Assembly (NCBI RefSeq): GCF_964204865.1
Contig: NC_135262.1
Coordinates: forward strand, 2,294,001 to 2,358,000
Reading direction: 5' to 3'
DNA length: 64,000 bases
Source of the DNA: Styela clava
Taxonomy: Eukaryota
In this document: positions 35,361 to 48,700 of the stretch, piece after piece
Layout of the letters: the number at the start of each line of letters is the position of its first letter
Position numbering within the stretch: the stretch's first letter is position 1
Made by a program: the position numbers and the translations under genes
Notes under the pieces: model-generated
Told to the model about the DNA's origin: nothing
The model's input: the letters and a program-made list of their open reading frames with translations, nothing else
Databases searched by the model: none

Positions 35361-38300
35361 AGCAGTCATTCCAATTTCTTGACAGCGTCATCGTGTCATT
35401 CTAATTTTGTTTATTTATCTTTCGTTTCATGATATTATAAGAAATAAAATTAGAAAATTTTCACTATTACTGCCAAACGTGACATGAACGATAACGGAAT
35501 CATAAGTAGTAGCTTATTGTGGTTTCGAGAAGATTGAAGTCTGGTAAATAGTTGACAGGCACGACTATAGCACACCAGTAATCCCGATGATATTCGCAGT
35601 ACCTCTGACACTAAAAATAGCTCAAAACTGGTTATCGACGATCAGGCTTTTATATTTACAGCGCCGCTCAACTTCGAATCAAATTTTTGCTTCTGCTTCA
35701 ACCACAGGTACTTAGGATGTGGAGATAATGGCCACCGACTCTTCCATGCAACCGGTTTTACTGAGTTGCATTTTTGGACACGTATGTGAACATAACGATC
35801 GTTTCAATAATATGTTGTTGTTTTTCGTCACCAATATGATTAAAATATCGCTTTTCTCTTCGAATATCGGACCAATTCCTTTGAAATTTTCAGTGGTTAA
35901 AGATTGATTTTTTTGCCAGAAGGCTATTACTAAAAATTGAGCCGGCGGTTAACCATACTGAACGACATGCTTTCCAGACTTGCACGAGACCTGTCCGCCT
36001 GTTTAGATAGCGAGACCTGTTCGCAAGATGGGAAAAAAATTCACTGTTGCCAAACAGTACGACCAAAATCGTCATGGCGGCCAATTTAGATCCCTGTTCT
36101 GCGGAACACAGTTTGAGAAACGCTGAGTTAACACTTTATCATTCCAGAGGCTTGGGCTTGGCGGAAGCCATTATCGACCAGCGTTTAAATGAACAACGTG
36201 ATGACGAGTTGTCCAGAAACCCTTCGATCATAATCACTCGCAACAGAACTAAAACCCTGGACATACGCAGGATAATCAGCAGTGCGAAGGCAAGCGTGTT
36301 TCCTGCTCCTGAGCGTGACGCGTCAAACAGTGAGACTATTCAATTGTTGTTATCTGCCTGTTGTGATACTAGAGAAGGCGTACTGAACAAGAATACTTTT
36401 GATTCCAGTTCCCGACAGCAGTTCGGTGTGATCTGCGGCCTTTGAGATCTTTAGAACTACTAATTCACACGTAAAATGAGTTCCCGGTCCAACCAGGACG
36501 ACGCAAAACGTAACTTAGGTCAAAAAATGAACACTCTTAGCTCCTACATTTAGCGTACTTACTGCACAACTTGTTTTGATCAGAATGTTATATTAGTAAA
36601 TGATTTATCAGGATTCCCTTCGTTTTCGTAGGATTTGAAACCGGTCGTTAGAATTTTACTGCACGTAAAGTGTTATTACTGGGTGCTAATTAATTTTATT
36701 TCTAATTTTTAAAAATGTCACTGTGAATAAAGTATCACCGCGATGAAATCAGCCTGGTAATTTGGTAAAATAATAAACGATATTTTCCAAACTTTCACTA
36801 ATTCTTTGTGAACAAAGAGTAAAGTTACGTCATAAACAAGATAGGTTATTCCCAATTGCAGAGCGTCCTTGCTAGTCGTGCGTTCACAGGTTTTTGTTGT
36901 GGATTAATGCAGAACATTTTTGGACGTATTGGGAGTGGATACACCGAATGACTCGCACGATTAGCGAATGAATTTGGTGAGTAAATTTAGCGTTTAGTTC
37001 GTCATCGACAAAATTGAGCCATACCGGTACTTTATTGTTTAACGCAGGAGAAAAGATTCTTCTGCGGGAAGAATCAAGCCTGCCCAACGCAGCATCTAAT
37101 TCTAATACAGAAGTGGGGCGACAGCAGACGGGAGCGGCCAAACGTAACGAACCAATTCTGCAATTAGGATAAGCATATTCTGTCCGGCTATGCCTGATTG
37201 CGTTCATGTGCAGGAAACAGCATCGAGCGCAGCTCAGTACCGGTATCACAGCATTCCAAGTCCGGTCTGTCTCCGTAATCTCGGGGCTTGTCCATATGAA
37301 TGAGATTTTTTAGTCCTTCGCTATTATTGGAATCCCAAGGCATTCGCCGCAAACAAAGTGAGAAATCATCCACTGATATCAGTACTATACATTGCGGCCT
37401 GCGGAGCATGATTCCGATGCAGTCTATTACACCCTGAGTTTGTAGACAACAAGCTGTGGCCCAAATATCATTAGGTTCAACGCCCTGGATTACATTCCAC
37501 ACGCGTGGTAATCAATGGTGCAATGACGTGCGCGTTTGTAACTAACTGCAAATAAGTTAGCCAACGGCGGAATCCTTTGTTAGGGTACGTGTTGAATTAG
37601 GCAACTAAGGATTGATTATTTACCATCTGTCACAACTGTAACTGTGTCATACGTTCATGGTTGTTTTTAACACCAGTAGAAAAGTAAGATATCTGCAGAT
37701 ATATGGTTTACTTATTGCGTGAAAATTACGCGAATTTTACTCATTTTTCAGAACACGCTCCTGACTAACTGCACTAGAGTTGATATTTTTAAAACCAAAT
37801 ATGAACAGTAATTTCCATATTGTGAGTGAACCAAGCCCACGTAGCATCATTATTACAGTAATCTTTCAGTTTCTTATATACTATTTTTGAGATTTATCCG
37901 ATGACACATATATGCTCATACTCCGTGGCATTTACACACGTTCATGGCGTATAACAGCCCCCAGATATGCGCGAAGTCACGCTCAGATTCCTTTGCCTAA
38001 TCGCGTCCTTGTTACAGCATTTCAGTTCCCAATTCGCTTCTAAACTAGGCTGAGAGTATGATTCATAAGAGCTTTTCCAAGTATTATTTCTTGATTTTAC
38101 ATCATGTCGCACATGTTTAAGATGTTTCTTCGACACGAATTGAGTCTTAGCATCCACGCCTTGGATTATGCAACGTTTTTGTATAAATTGCACCGACTTA
38201 GGAACGTGGCATGAATCGATTTTATTTATATGAAATTAGCATACGTCACACATGTTTTCGTCTTGTGAAAGTCCCCATGCAGCTGCTGCCTGCTGAATAC

Positions 38301-39315
38301 CTCTGAATTCCCCCATTTCCGTACCTATTCGCATCATCAGCGAATGAGCTAATTTTCCGCATCCCGTCTTGACACAACCCACGTTACACGTATGCCGGGG
38401 TATTTTCTTCGTCCAGAATGTTTTTTGGGCAAAGTTCTGCGGCTTGGCGGGCAAACACACAAAATATTTAGCAGAAAATCGCGCTGAAACGCACGAATCT
38501 TTCAGGTTTTGAACTCTCGCATGATAAATTGATAGAACTTTTAGTCCCATTGAAAAAAATTAGAGTATCCCACGTTTCTGTCAATTCTACAATTTTTTCT
38601 TTCTTAATTTTCGCCCATCCCGAATTTACACTGTGTGGAATGCTAATTAGGGCTGTTATTGGAAAATTTGATATATAAATCAAACTTCGAGAAAAGTTTT
38701 CAGACTGATAATTCTCAATTTGAAACGTTAAAATTACCTCAACTGGGCGTTGTCTGTTCTATAAAAAATAGTATGCGTGGGTGAAGATGGGTTGAACATT
38801 CTGATTAGCTAGAAGAATTAACTATGTGTTGTAAAAGTATTCAAAGGTTCATTTTATTTTGATTGTGTTATTCAGTGGATTGCACGCTTCCTTGGAACGC
38901 CCAGCGAACTAAAATAAAACCGATGTTGATTTATTGAACGCGCTTCAGATCGTCCAAATTTAAATGTGATATTAAATGTTCAGCACCAAATTTTTCAAAG
39001 TACTTTATAAAAATTTTATAATAATTAAAAGTTCGAATTTAGGCATATATTTATGTAATATCCTAAAATCCCGGACGGACTTGCCTAAACTACGATCGTA
39101 TTTCAAATCAGCATTGGTGTAATAGGCATATTTGCTATGCATTGCCTAATCAATTTGACTTTCAACATCTAGTCTACAATTTTAAATAAAGATATCTGTA
39201 GCTTAGCAGATAACTCCAATCCCATTTTGCAGTCGAGCCGGTCTTAATCACCTTCCTGTTATAGCGCGAAAAGTTCTCCCGTTCAAGTTACGCGTTTTTT
39301 AAAAGTTTTTTTTTT

Positions 39316-39498
39316 ACCAGATAAGGTCATAATTTTATTCCGATTTTACCTAAGTTAGTTCTTAGTTCGGGGACTGTCTGTGTTATCCAAGTGAATATAC
39401 CCCCTGCCCATAGGTTTCAGTCCTTTCATACAACTTGATGTAAAGATAGCGAACAAAATTAGTTACCTCCATATTGGAGGTAACACTTCTGGAGCGCC
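39316..39498 (-). mobile_element. Merlin-like MITE family A, truncated
   Basis: cataattttattccgatttt...cccataggtttcagtcc...aacaaaattagttacctccatattgg...cttctggagcgcc. Confidence 0.72.
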
Positions 39499-42389
39499 CT
39501 TTTTTTACAATATGCCGTGATTTCAAGCTACAGACATCAATTGCCTCAAACAAATCGCGACTGCTCGTCTCTACCTTCCTCTCACTGCTACAGCGCTCCG
39601 TAATCTATCAAATTTTTAATAAAAGAAGTCTTGCAACACGTTGATACCGTAGTGTATCGGCCACCACTCTTATTGGAGTAGTTATTTATTGAACTTAAAA
39701 GTAAAGAAGAAATTGCAAATAAGCGAAAACAATAAAAAAAGAAAATTTATTAAATATTAGCAAAATTTCATTACCATAAAAAAAAATAACATATTAGTTG
39801 CAAAACTTTTTGAATAAATTTTCTCTGTTAAATCTTGTACACTCAGAAATATATATAAATATTTGAATATTTTTGTGCAGTTCTATCAAGGCTGAAATCA
39901 ATTACTCAAATTTAATCATTTTACCGATCATTTCTTAGATAAATATGTTTTTCTTATCTTTGTTTGCTAATCTGTGACATTCTCGTTGGCAAATATTGAT
40001 TGAGTACCAATTCTTATGAACATTCAACGAAATGATCGGTCATTTGGAGATGTAAATAGTGGGCCGAACTTGCTCTGAATAAAACATTTTGTGTAAAACT
40101 AAACATAACGTTTTTAATATCTTGGAAAGCAAGAAATACGATTTTGAAAGTGTTACTAAGTTTTCAATACAGATCATACTAAGTGAGAAACTATGTTTTG
40201 TATAGGTTTTAATTGTTTAATTGATAAAGGCAGAATGGTGAAGTTTTTTATTTATTCCATTTTACCTGCTGTTAAATGATTTTTACACTTCACAAGTAGT
40301 GTAATTTTTTATGTATTAAACAAGGATGATTTCACATGTTTTCATATCTTACTATTCGTTCCCGGGTTGTTGTGAATAAAAAGAAAAAAACGCTTATATA
40401 ATTCACCAAGCTTGGAAGTTTTAACAAGCTCTAGCAATTCTCACAGAGCTACATAATGTAAAACTTATTGAAAATAAATGTATTTTTGCTTGTAATATGC
40501 CTTCTGACATAATTATTTCATTGTAATCGATCGACATAGGTAAAAAATTCAAACTAAACGTTTACCCAAATCAAAAATGTAAAGTTTTTGGGTTGGTCTG
40601 CAATGCTAACATTTGGATAAATTTGTCGAAAACATGTAGACCGAAAACCTCCACTCATTGGGGAGAGTCTTATGATTTGGTGATAGCAATATAACTGAAT
40701 TTCATTATCCGAATATCTATTTGCAATCGTAAATTCATAGCAACCCAGCTCAGGAAAAATAAAAGTGCATCAGATTGTAAACAAAACAGAGAAAAGCCAC
40801 TTGCTCTATGAAAGCATATCACCAAAATATTAAAAAGAAAAATAATTATTTATAACGCTGAATAATATCTACATAATATGGTGACGAACGGGGTACTTCA
40901 AAATAATTAGTGATAAAATTATGCGGGGCAGTAAAATTGTTTTTTTTTTACTGCTAAGCGGTTATTTATTGCAACACAAATTATGCGGTTTGTGTCAAAA
41001 CAACGTTCTGCACTGCGGTGGTTTTTGCAACGTTGCAAGACTTACAATTTCGCAATCGTTAAGGAGTTGAAATATGATATTAGAGTTTTTTCCCAGTCAA
41101 ATATCTTAGCAAAATCGAGATAAAGTTGGGTGGCACATTGGTCGGTTAGGCTATAATATTTAGTCAGACCCGCCACCGATTTTATTCTATCAAAGTGGCA
41201 CATATATGTTTCTTGTGATTGTGCCGCCTATGATTAATACTTGACGAGTTTTGTTCAACGAAAAATTGATTTTCGCTTGTAAAAATCATTTCGGATGAAA
41301 ACGGCTAAACGTGAATTAAAGGTACGCCCAAACCTAAATTTATGTAGAAGCATGAATTAAATTCGAACGATATCAACCCAAAAACGTCGAGTAATGTTCC
41401 AGTATTGCGAATGGTCGCTCATGCTTGTCAGGCACAAGCACGATTCTTCGTTTTTCCGGAACGTACTTATGAATGCAATGGGTCCTTGACGTGTGGCGAC
41501 CTGATGTCTCGTATGACCCTCACTGCTTCCTCGAGTTTGGCATAGTTTTCGGCGCAGATTTAATTAAAATTTAGACCTACATTTTAGAGGGGTTTTCGTT
41601 GTCGCTCTAAATAAAATAAACAAACAAACTTAAATAAACAATAGCCCAAACAGGTGACTCTTTCACAAATTCTACAGTAGCCACGACTTTTGTTGTGGGT
41701 GCCTATAAATTGAATTTTTGGCATGACTCTCCCTAAATAATAAACAAATAAAGCCCTCAGTTGCGTCAGCAAAAAATAATAAATTGAAACAGTGAGCATA
41801 AGTGTTGTTCAAAGCAACTTACAGCACAATAAAGCATTGTTTTCACCAAAAATTGAAAATAACTTGTTGACAAAATGGTCCAATGACTATGCTTGGTATT
41901 TAACAGGGCTTTGACACTGTTTAGACCTCATTCATCTACTTTCGAACCATTTTTTAATATTTATCCCAGATTTTTAAGAACAAACACATACAATATTACT
42001 ACATAATTTGACGTTTCACCTTGCATTTTTCGTGCAAATGCCCACCTAACCAAATGATCGTCACGTTAGTTTGATAATTTTTGTGGCAATATTGTGCAGT
42101 TTTGCTCTTATCTGCATTAACAGCGATGCCATTTCAACATTTATCTGGAAATTATGCTTCATTCCAAATAATAGAAACTTAGATTTTCAATAATACCATT
42201 CCAGAAACTTCTCCTAGATTCATCGGGCGGCATTCTGCACGCTTACAGTGTTGGAAGTGGGGCGTTGGGAGCAATTGCAGCATTCAAAGCGCGCGACATC
42301 TGCGGATTCCTTGGAGCGTGTCGCGGCATTTTGCTGCCTTTTGTACTCGGCTGCAACGTTTCAATTGTAACGTTTACCAAGTGTTTCTG

Positions 42390-42785
42390 TTACATACACC
42401 CGCACCTTTTTACAATCATGTCCGGCACGTCGCTATATATTATATTTTCTTCATTGTCAAAATAGAGCATACTCATAGGGGCCATTTTTGTGGGAGCACA
42501 ACACGGCGAAGCTGCTTTAGGTTGATTTTGCCCCGAGTGCATCGCGAGCACTTTGTGTTGATTGGTTTGTAAAAATAGCACTGGGCATTCTCCCGCGCAG
42601 TGGTATGATCGATATATGTTAGGATTAATTATCCAATCCCATCCCATTGCTCTGAAGTCTATTTCAAAATCGTATTTACAACATCTTTCTTCTCGTGACT
42701 CTTCATTACAAATCAAAGCTCCAGCATCTCGCTTTTTTCGTCTGCTGTTCAAATTGCTTGTTAGATCGACCTCGAGCATCGGTTT
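42390..42785 (-). CDS. mstn: myostatin exon 3 (furin site and mature growth factor)
   Basis: acceptor tcttttatttttag|AAA; KPMLEVDL...RRKKR-DAG...RCGCM-TAA. Confidence 0.97.
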   Translation of the reverse strand, partial: KPMLEVDLTSNLNSRRKKRDAGALICNEESREERCCKYDFEIDFRAMGWDWIINPNIYRSYHCAGECPVLFLQTNQHKVLAMHSGQNQPKAASPCCAPTKMAPMSMLYFDNEENIIYSDVPDMIVKRCGCM

Positions 42786-45700
42786 CTAAAAATAAAAGAA
42801 CAGTATTTGAAAAATGTTCAGAGTTTATGTAGGCTCATTAAGTGGTAGAAGATGAATAAAAAAAATCCTTCATTTGTTGCTTTCTTTTACGGAAATAGAG
42901 AAAAATTATTTAACACTTGAACTTCTGTTTGTGAATAACTGTAACAAAACGTTTCAGTAATCTAAATGGCTTTGCACGAAGGTTATGTTCTCTCCAGAAT
43001 ATTTTCCAAATGAACGGTTTTTCGTCACCATGTAAAAAAATGTAAACAGATACTCGTGCTAAGTAAACTAATTGAATATAACCCTTCAGTCCTAGTAGTC
43101 GTATTAGGTTATCGGTCGCATATGAATTAGTGAGAGTAAACAACGAAAATTTGTTAGACGCTATATATGCTAAAATAAATGACTCGAATCGGGGATGCTC
43201 AATCCCATATATCAGCGTAGCCAACGATGTAACAGCCGTGGATAAGCTAATTTTGGGATATAATTTTAATGCGATGTTGAATTCAATATTTTTAATTTAT
43301 TAGTATGCAGATTAGGTAACAACCATTCACTGTTCTATGCTATTATATCGCTTTATAAGCATGTTATTTCATATCGAGTGCTCACCCCGGCATTGCGGTG
43401 AAATTTGACCGCTGCTGAGGTGCTTCATTTCTGCAGAATTTGGTGTTACCTTTCGGCCTCCAAATTCGACACGCCACGAACGTAATATATGCGAAATTTA
43501 ATACTGGGGCCGCGGTTCTTGACACCATTTTGTTTCAAATTTGTGTAATATAACAAAAGCAATGGCAAGGTCAAATTTTTGTGGGCGGTTGTAAGGACTT
43601 ACGCAACCGTTGAAAAATAATACTGAATTGCTAAGTACTTGCCGCAGTTACATAAGGTAGAATTTATGCATTTCGGATTTCATTGATAGGTTACGCGTGG
43701 TGGTTTTGGCTAAATGTTTGAATGGAATACTTCTAAACCAATTTTACCCTCTGTTCCATATACAGTGTATATGTCTGTATTAAAACTTATTTTTCATGCC
43801 TGTACTGGACAATTTGGATAAATTGTTCATCTTCACTTTAGTTAAAATTGGCGCTTTGCTCCGTAAATTGATAATTTCGGGATGGTATACTGAAGAGTTA
43901 GCTACCCGAAAATCGCTCACGAATTACCATCCCGCGGTGTATTATACATGCATTTCATCGAGAAATTGCAGGAATTTCATTACTAATTGCTTTTATGATG
44001 TTTGTGTGTTGCTGTCAAATGCTAGTCACGATTTCATGCAAATCATAAACAGAAAACTTTGATGCTCTTGTCAAATAAACACCGGAAAGAGTTTCAAAAT
44101 GCCTAAAGTGTTTCAGTATTTTTTTCTCTTGTATGTTTTGCCCAGCCAATTTCTAGGTATCCAGCTCAATCACGTCATTAGTAATCTAATGATAGCCACA
44201 ATCTTTCCGTCCCATGTCAACAGAGGTTGATGCGGCGGATTCAAATAATTTTCTGGCACAAACCGCCCCGACTAACTATATCTGTGTACATTAAAGTATA
44301 ATAGTACTAATATTTCGCCAAACGCATTTAATCATGGACAGTACAAATTCTTGGGAAATTTTAGAGCGTTTTTAGGTAGGTATATATAATTGTATTATTC
44401 TAGTTAGTTATCTTAATCCCTAAATACATTATTCAAAATATTTAATTTTTTATCAGATGACCATGGTATTGATAGAATCACGATAAGTAATAAAAAATAT
44501 TTTCGTAACTCCCTTGTGACATTTTTTATTTGCTAAAAATTATTTGGAATTTGTGCTCCAATTTGAAGTTTGACATTTCATGAGGCATAAAGTAGATATG
44601 TGCATGTTTAGATATTGGCAATAAAAAAATTTGGACAATATGATTCGAATCACTGTGGGTACTCTCATTTCCAATCAGTGTACGTACTCGTTTTCGTACG
44701 GTGTGCGTTTCTGTAATCCATACTCGCGTCGGTGTGATCTGAGCAACTCATTTATTTTACCACGTTTTATCCACTTCAAGTACTGAAAGAATTTAATACA
44801 GAACACAGCGACCAAATTTACCTTGTACCATTATTCAAATTTTTTGACCAAGGGAGGAACATGTCTCGAAATAGATTATTTATTATATATATTGCCAGTT
44901 TTACCGCATTTATTTCATATAATCTGTCCGAGTCATAGACTCTATTTGATACTTTGCGATTTTAATTCAAAAATTCCATATTCGAAATATATGGCATAAA
45001 TGCTTAAAAATCACAGTTAATGGCACCTTCATGGAGTTGCCTTAATAACTAATAATTTTTTTTATTAGCTCCTGAAATTCCAGTGGTTTCGCGGTGACTT
45101 TACTCTGAAATGAGCTTTTACCCGGTTGGGTACCTGATTAAAAGTAATCTATCATTTAAAAAAAATTGTCCTTTTTTTGAGAGGAAATATAAATGAAACA
45201 ACCATTCGAATCATCTCTATTTGACGCAATTTATAATTTTCTCCGCTTAATACATTTCTGATGTATTTTGATTAATATATTTTCAATATTATATAATTTT
45301 AATATTTTTAATTAATAACGCTGATCATTTTTGACTGTAAGATTTCTTCATGGTACAGAAAAAACCGCAAAAGCAAGTTTGCGCCAAGCGACGCGATAAA
45401 TAGCCGAAGGGAGAACCTATTTTTGTTTTGAGATTATATTGTGCGGCTTTTATATTTCGTTTTGAGGAATAACTAATAAGGGAAAATTAGTCATCATCTA
45501 GTTTGGCATTTAAAATAAATGGTCATGGATTTCCGCTTTCCATGGGAGGAGATACACATGCACCCGGTAACGTTGTAACAAGCTTACTGCGTTAAATCCT
45601 CTAAAAAGTCAATTTCTTTAAAATTCCTTCTTACATGGCAAACTTCCGATTCATGTAGAAATATAGTACGGGCATAGTCGATTGAGATTCTTCTATCTAT

Positions 45701-48700
45701 AACCCCTATTTTAGATGAAGCTTCGCTCGCGACCTTGAAGCAAATAAAAATTATTAACTGTAAATTTTCTCTCAAAATTACGTAGTTTAGTCTAAACTAA
45801 GATAACAATACTGCCATCGTATTAATGCGACATTTTGTTTTACTTAATATATATTCATTTATTTGATTTGATATTTTCGAGATATTTATGATATAATTTT
45901 AAAATACCATGACATTAATTAAATTTTAACAATAGGAGAGATAACAATCTCTTGCACGAATGATGAAACGTTTATTTTATAACGTATTTGACGCGCGCGC
46001 CTTGACTTAATCATTCTCCCTTTCCAATACGCCATATTCGTTTTGCGGCCAATGAAGATGTTCACGGAGATTTATTTTAAGGGGGATTCAATATTTTTTA
46101 ACGTTTTTACTTTTATATAGTGCAATTTTTATGTTTTTGAAAATATTTAAAATCCAAATTATTTGAAATGCAGTAATACATAATACCCAAGGTTTTTGAT
46201 ATGAACAGCCCAAATTATTGTGCAGCAATATGAATCAAATTTGCATTGTAAATGCTTTAAATTTGCATTTTATGAATTTACCAAACCAATTCGATTTTTA
46301 TCATCAAATCGGACCCAAATTCCACAATAATAACCACACATAAACATTTCATTAACCGTGCGACTAGGGAAGAGCGCTTGTTGTCTGACCGATAGCAATA
46401 TTGAAATTTTCTGCATTAACGTCCGCATAACTCCCCTACATATGTTTACAAGTTTATAAATTTAAAAATATCACCTTGCCTCCGTAATTTCTGGAAATAA
46501 AGGTCCGAAAGATGTCGTGTGAGATATCGAGCTTTTCTCACTAATTAACCTTATGTTCTATATAGTTATTTGAACCAACAAGAAGTCGGCGCAAGGGTCC
46601 AGTTGCTAGGGCGTGTGGACTGTTGTCATCGCAGGTAGGTTATCCAGAAAAGATATTCTAAAAAATACGCTTCACTTTTCAGTGGTTACTTATATAGGGT
46701 CTTGTTCAAGGTGAACAACGCCTCAAAAAATCGCGCTGAATTTTCAGATTGAATATAGAATTTCAGTCATGATATTTTTATACTGTCGAATGTCGATCCT
46801 ATCATGAATCTGGGAATCATGTGTTTGCGGCGTTACGAAAAATTCTAATGGAAGAGTTTCCACGATTTTGTGTATTGTACCTGGCGTTTGAAGTAGCAAT
46901 TTGTCACACTCAGGGTCGGGTAATGTGCTTGAGAAGACAAGTTTGATATTGGGAATATATGGTGACGTGACGCGGAGTGTTAGTGGCCAGTGCGTACTCA
47001 CAAATTGCTGGCATCAACTCAACTATTCACCACCTCTCTGAGTGAGTGATAAATTGGCAATTCCTGAGCGGAAAAAATCCATTCGTGACATAAAAGTGGC
47101 TCTTTAGGTATCAGTAGCCGCCTGTCTTGAGTCAGGATCGGCGTGAAACTGTCCATAAAAAACGCTCTTTAGTTTTGGACTGTAAGTGTAATAACCATAA
47201 TAATTCAACTTAAATACCAATCTAACAACAACGTTTTGGGGAATCTTAGCTTTATAAATCATGGCTGCTTACTGTCAATCCACAGACGAACTCGTTCTCA
47301 TGCACTACTCTAAATATACATTGATGTAGCCAAAGCCATCTGATTTGCTTGATGTATATTTTGCATCGCCTTTAATTGCATTGAAGTTTTATTTTCTATG
47401 AATACATCATGAGCAACGCTAACTATGTTATCTTTACTAATAGGCAACAACGAGGGAACACCCAAAATTTAACCCTGGTTTTTCTGCCTCGTTAGAAATT
47501 GAGCAACTCGGTACGGAAATTACTTGAACTTGGTACAAAATTAGAACGACTAGGCGCATTTTGTTCAAATATTTTTTGAAAAAAATAGGTAAAATTGGCA
47601 TCTATGTAATCCAGTAGTACTTTGAAGTGGGTAGAAATAGGGATTTGATTTAAAAAGCATATTTTATAAATATGATTGTGGTTGTGCACTAGGGTTTAAC
47701 GATATACAGATAAAGCATGCGGACACGGGTGATGTGCGCTCGAACATACTGATGACACAACCAAGCGTTAAACGAGTAAAAGATAAGAATAGTCTTTACC
47801 TTATCCTCATGTCCTTGTTTCGGTTGTGACATGACGATTCCAGGTATCTCTGGACACCGGATATCGATACCAAGATTCGACTCCGGATTTGTGAACCACC
47901 GACTGACTTCATTTGATATTGAAAACGATTTCCATTCTGCTTTCTTTTTAATAGGTATTACTTTCCGGTCGAACTTGACTGCAATATGCGGAGAGTCGGG
48001 CTGTCTCGTGTTTTTTCTGTAGTGGTAGAAGTCTAGGGTAATGTTAGTCCGTTGTGTTGGATTTGCTTTGATATAAATCCATATTACTGCTGACGTCACC
48101 GTATGACGTAAGTCATCTTCCGTAAATCTGAAGTAACTTCCGGTTTGTTCTGGGTCCACTGGAAAAGAAACATTAATACCTTTAGTGATCGATTGTAACT
48201 TCATCAGTGCTGTTTCTGCACATTTAAAGGATGATTGTGATATATTTTATACGTCGATTATTAAAGACTTCCGGCGCTCGAGATGTATGTGTACCAATAG
48301 GGAGGTAACTAATTTTGTTCGTCTATTTTACATCAAGTTGTGTAATGGGACTGAAACCTATGGGTATAGGAGTAGCTAAACTTCCGTCTCGAACAAGGCC
48401 TTTTACAGCCGCTGATACCCAACGATATGTAACAAGCTCCCATTGTTGGACTGGAATATTTATAGTTCGTCATTGTCTACTCAAGTCATTAAAATCAGGA
48501 TGAAGTAGGGGGAACGGAATTTGAACCCGAGACATGCCACCTGCGATGTTAACTTAGTTAAGTCTAATATACACTTCAACCACTACGTCATCGCGCCCAC
48601 AAAGATAACGCTTAAATTTTAATAGTTTATAATGAACAATTCAAAATATGTTGTGACGTTAAAGATGTCCTGCTCAACCAATGTTTATTGCATAGGCAGT

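Noticed and set aside
36047-36445. 132-aa ORF as a gene
   Set aside because: Its 5' part lies in a hAT-like terminus (ends ...tttgagaaacgctg at 36125), it has a non-ATG start and no recognisable domain
48505-48597. Functional tRNA gene
   Set aside because: A and B boxes are present but the acceptor stem does not close and the anticodon arm is irregular; better read as a SINE head
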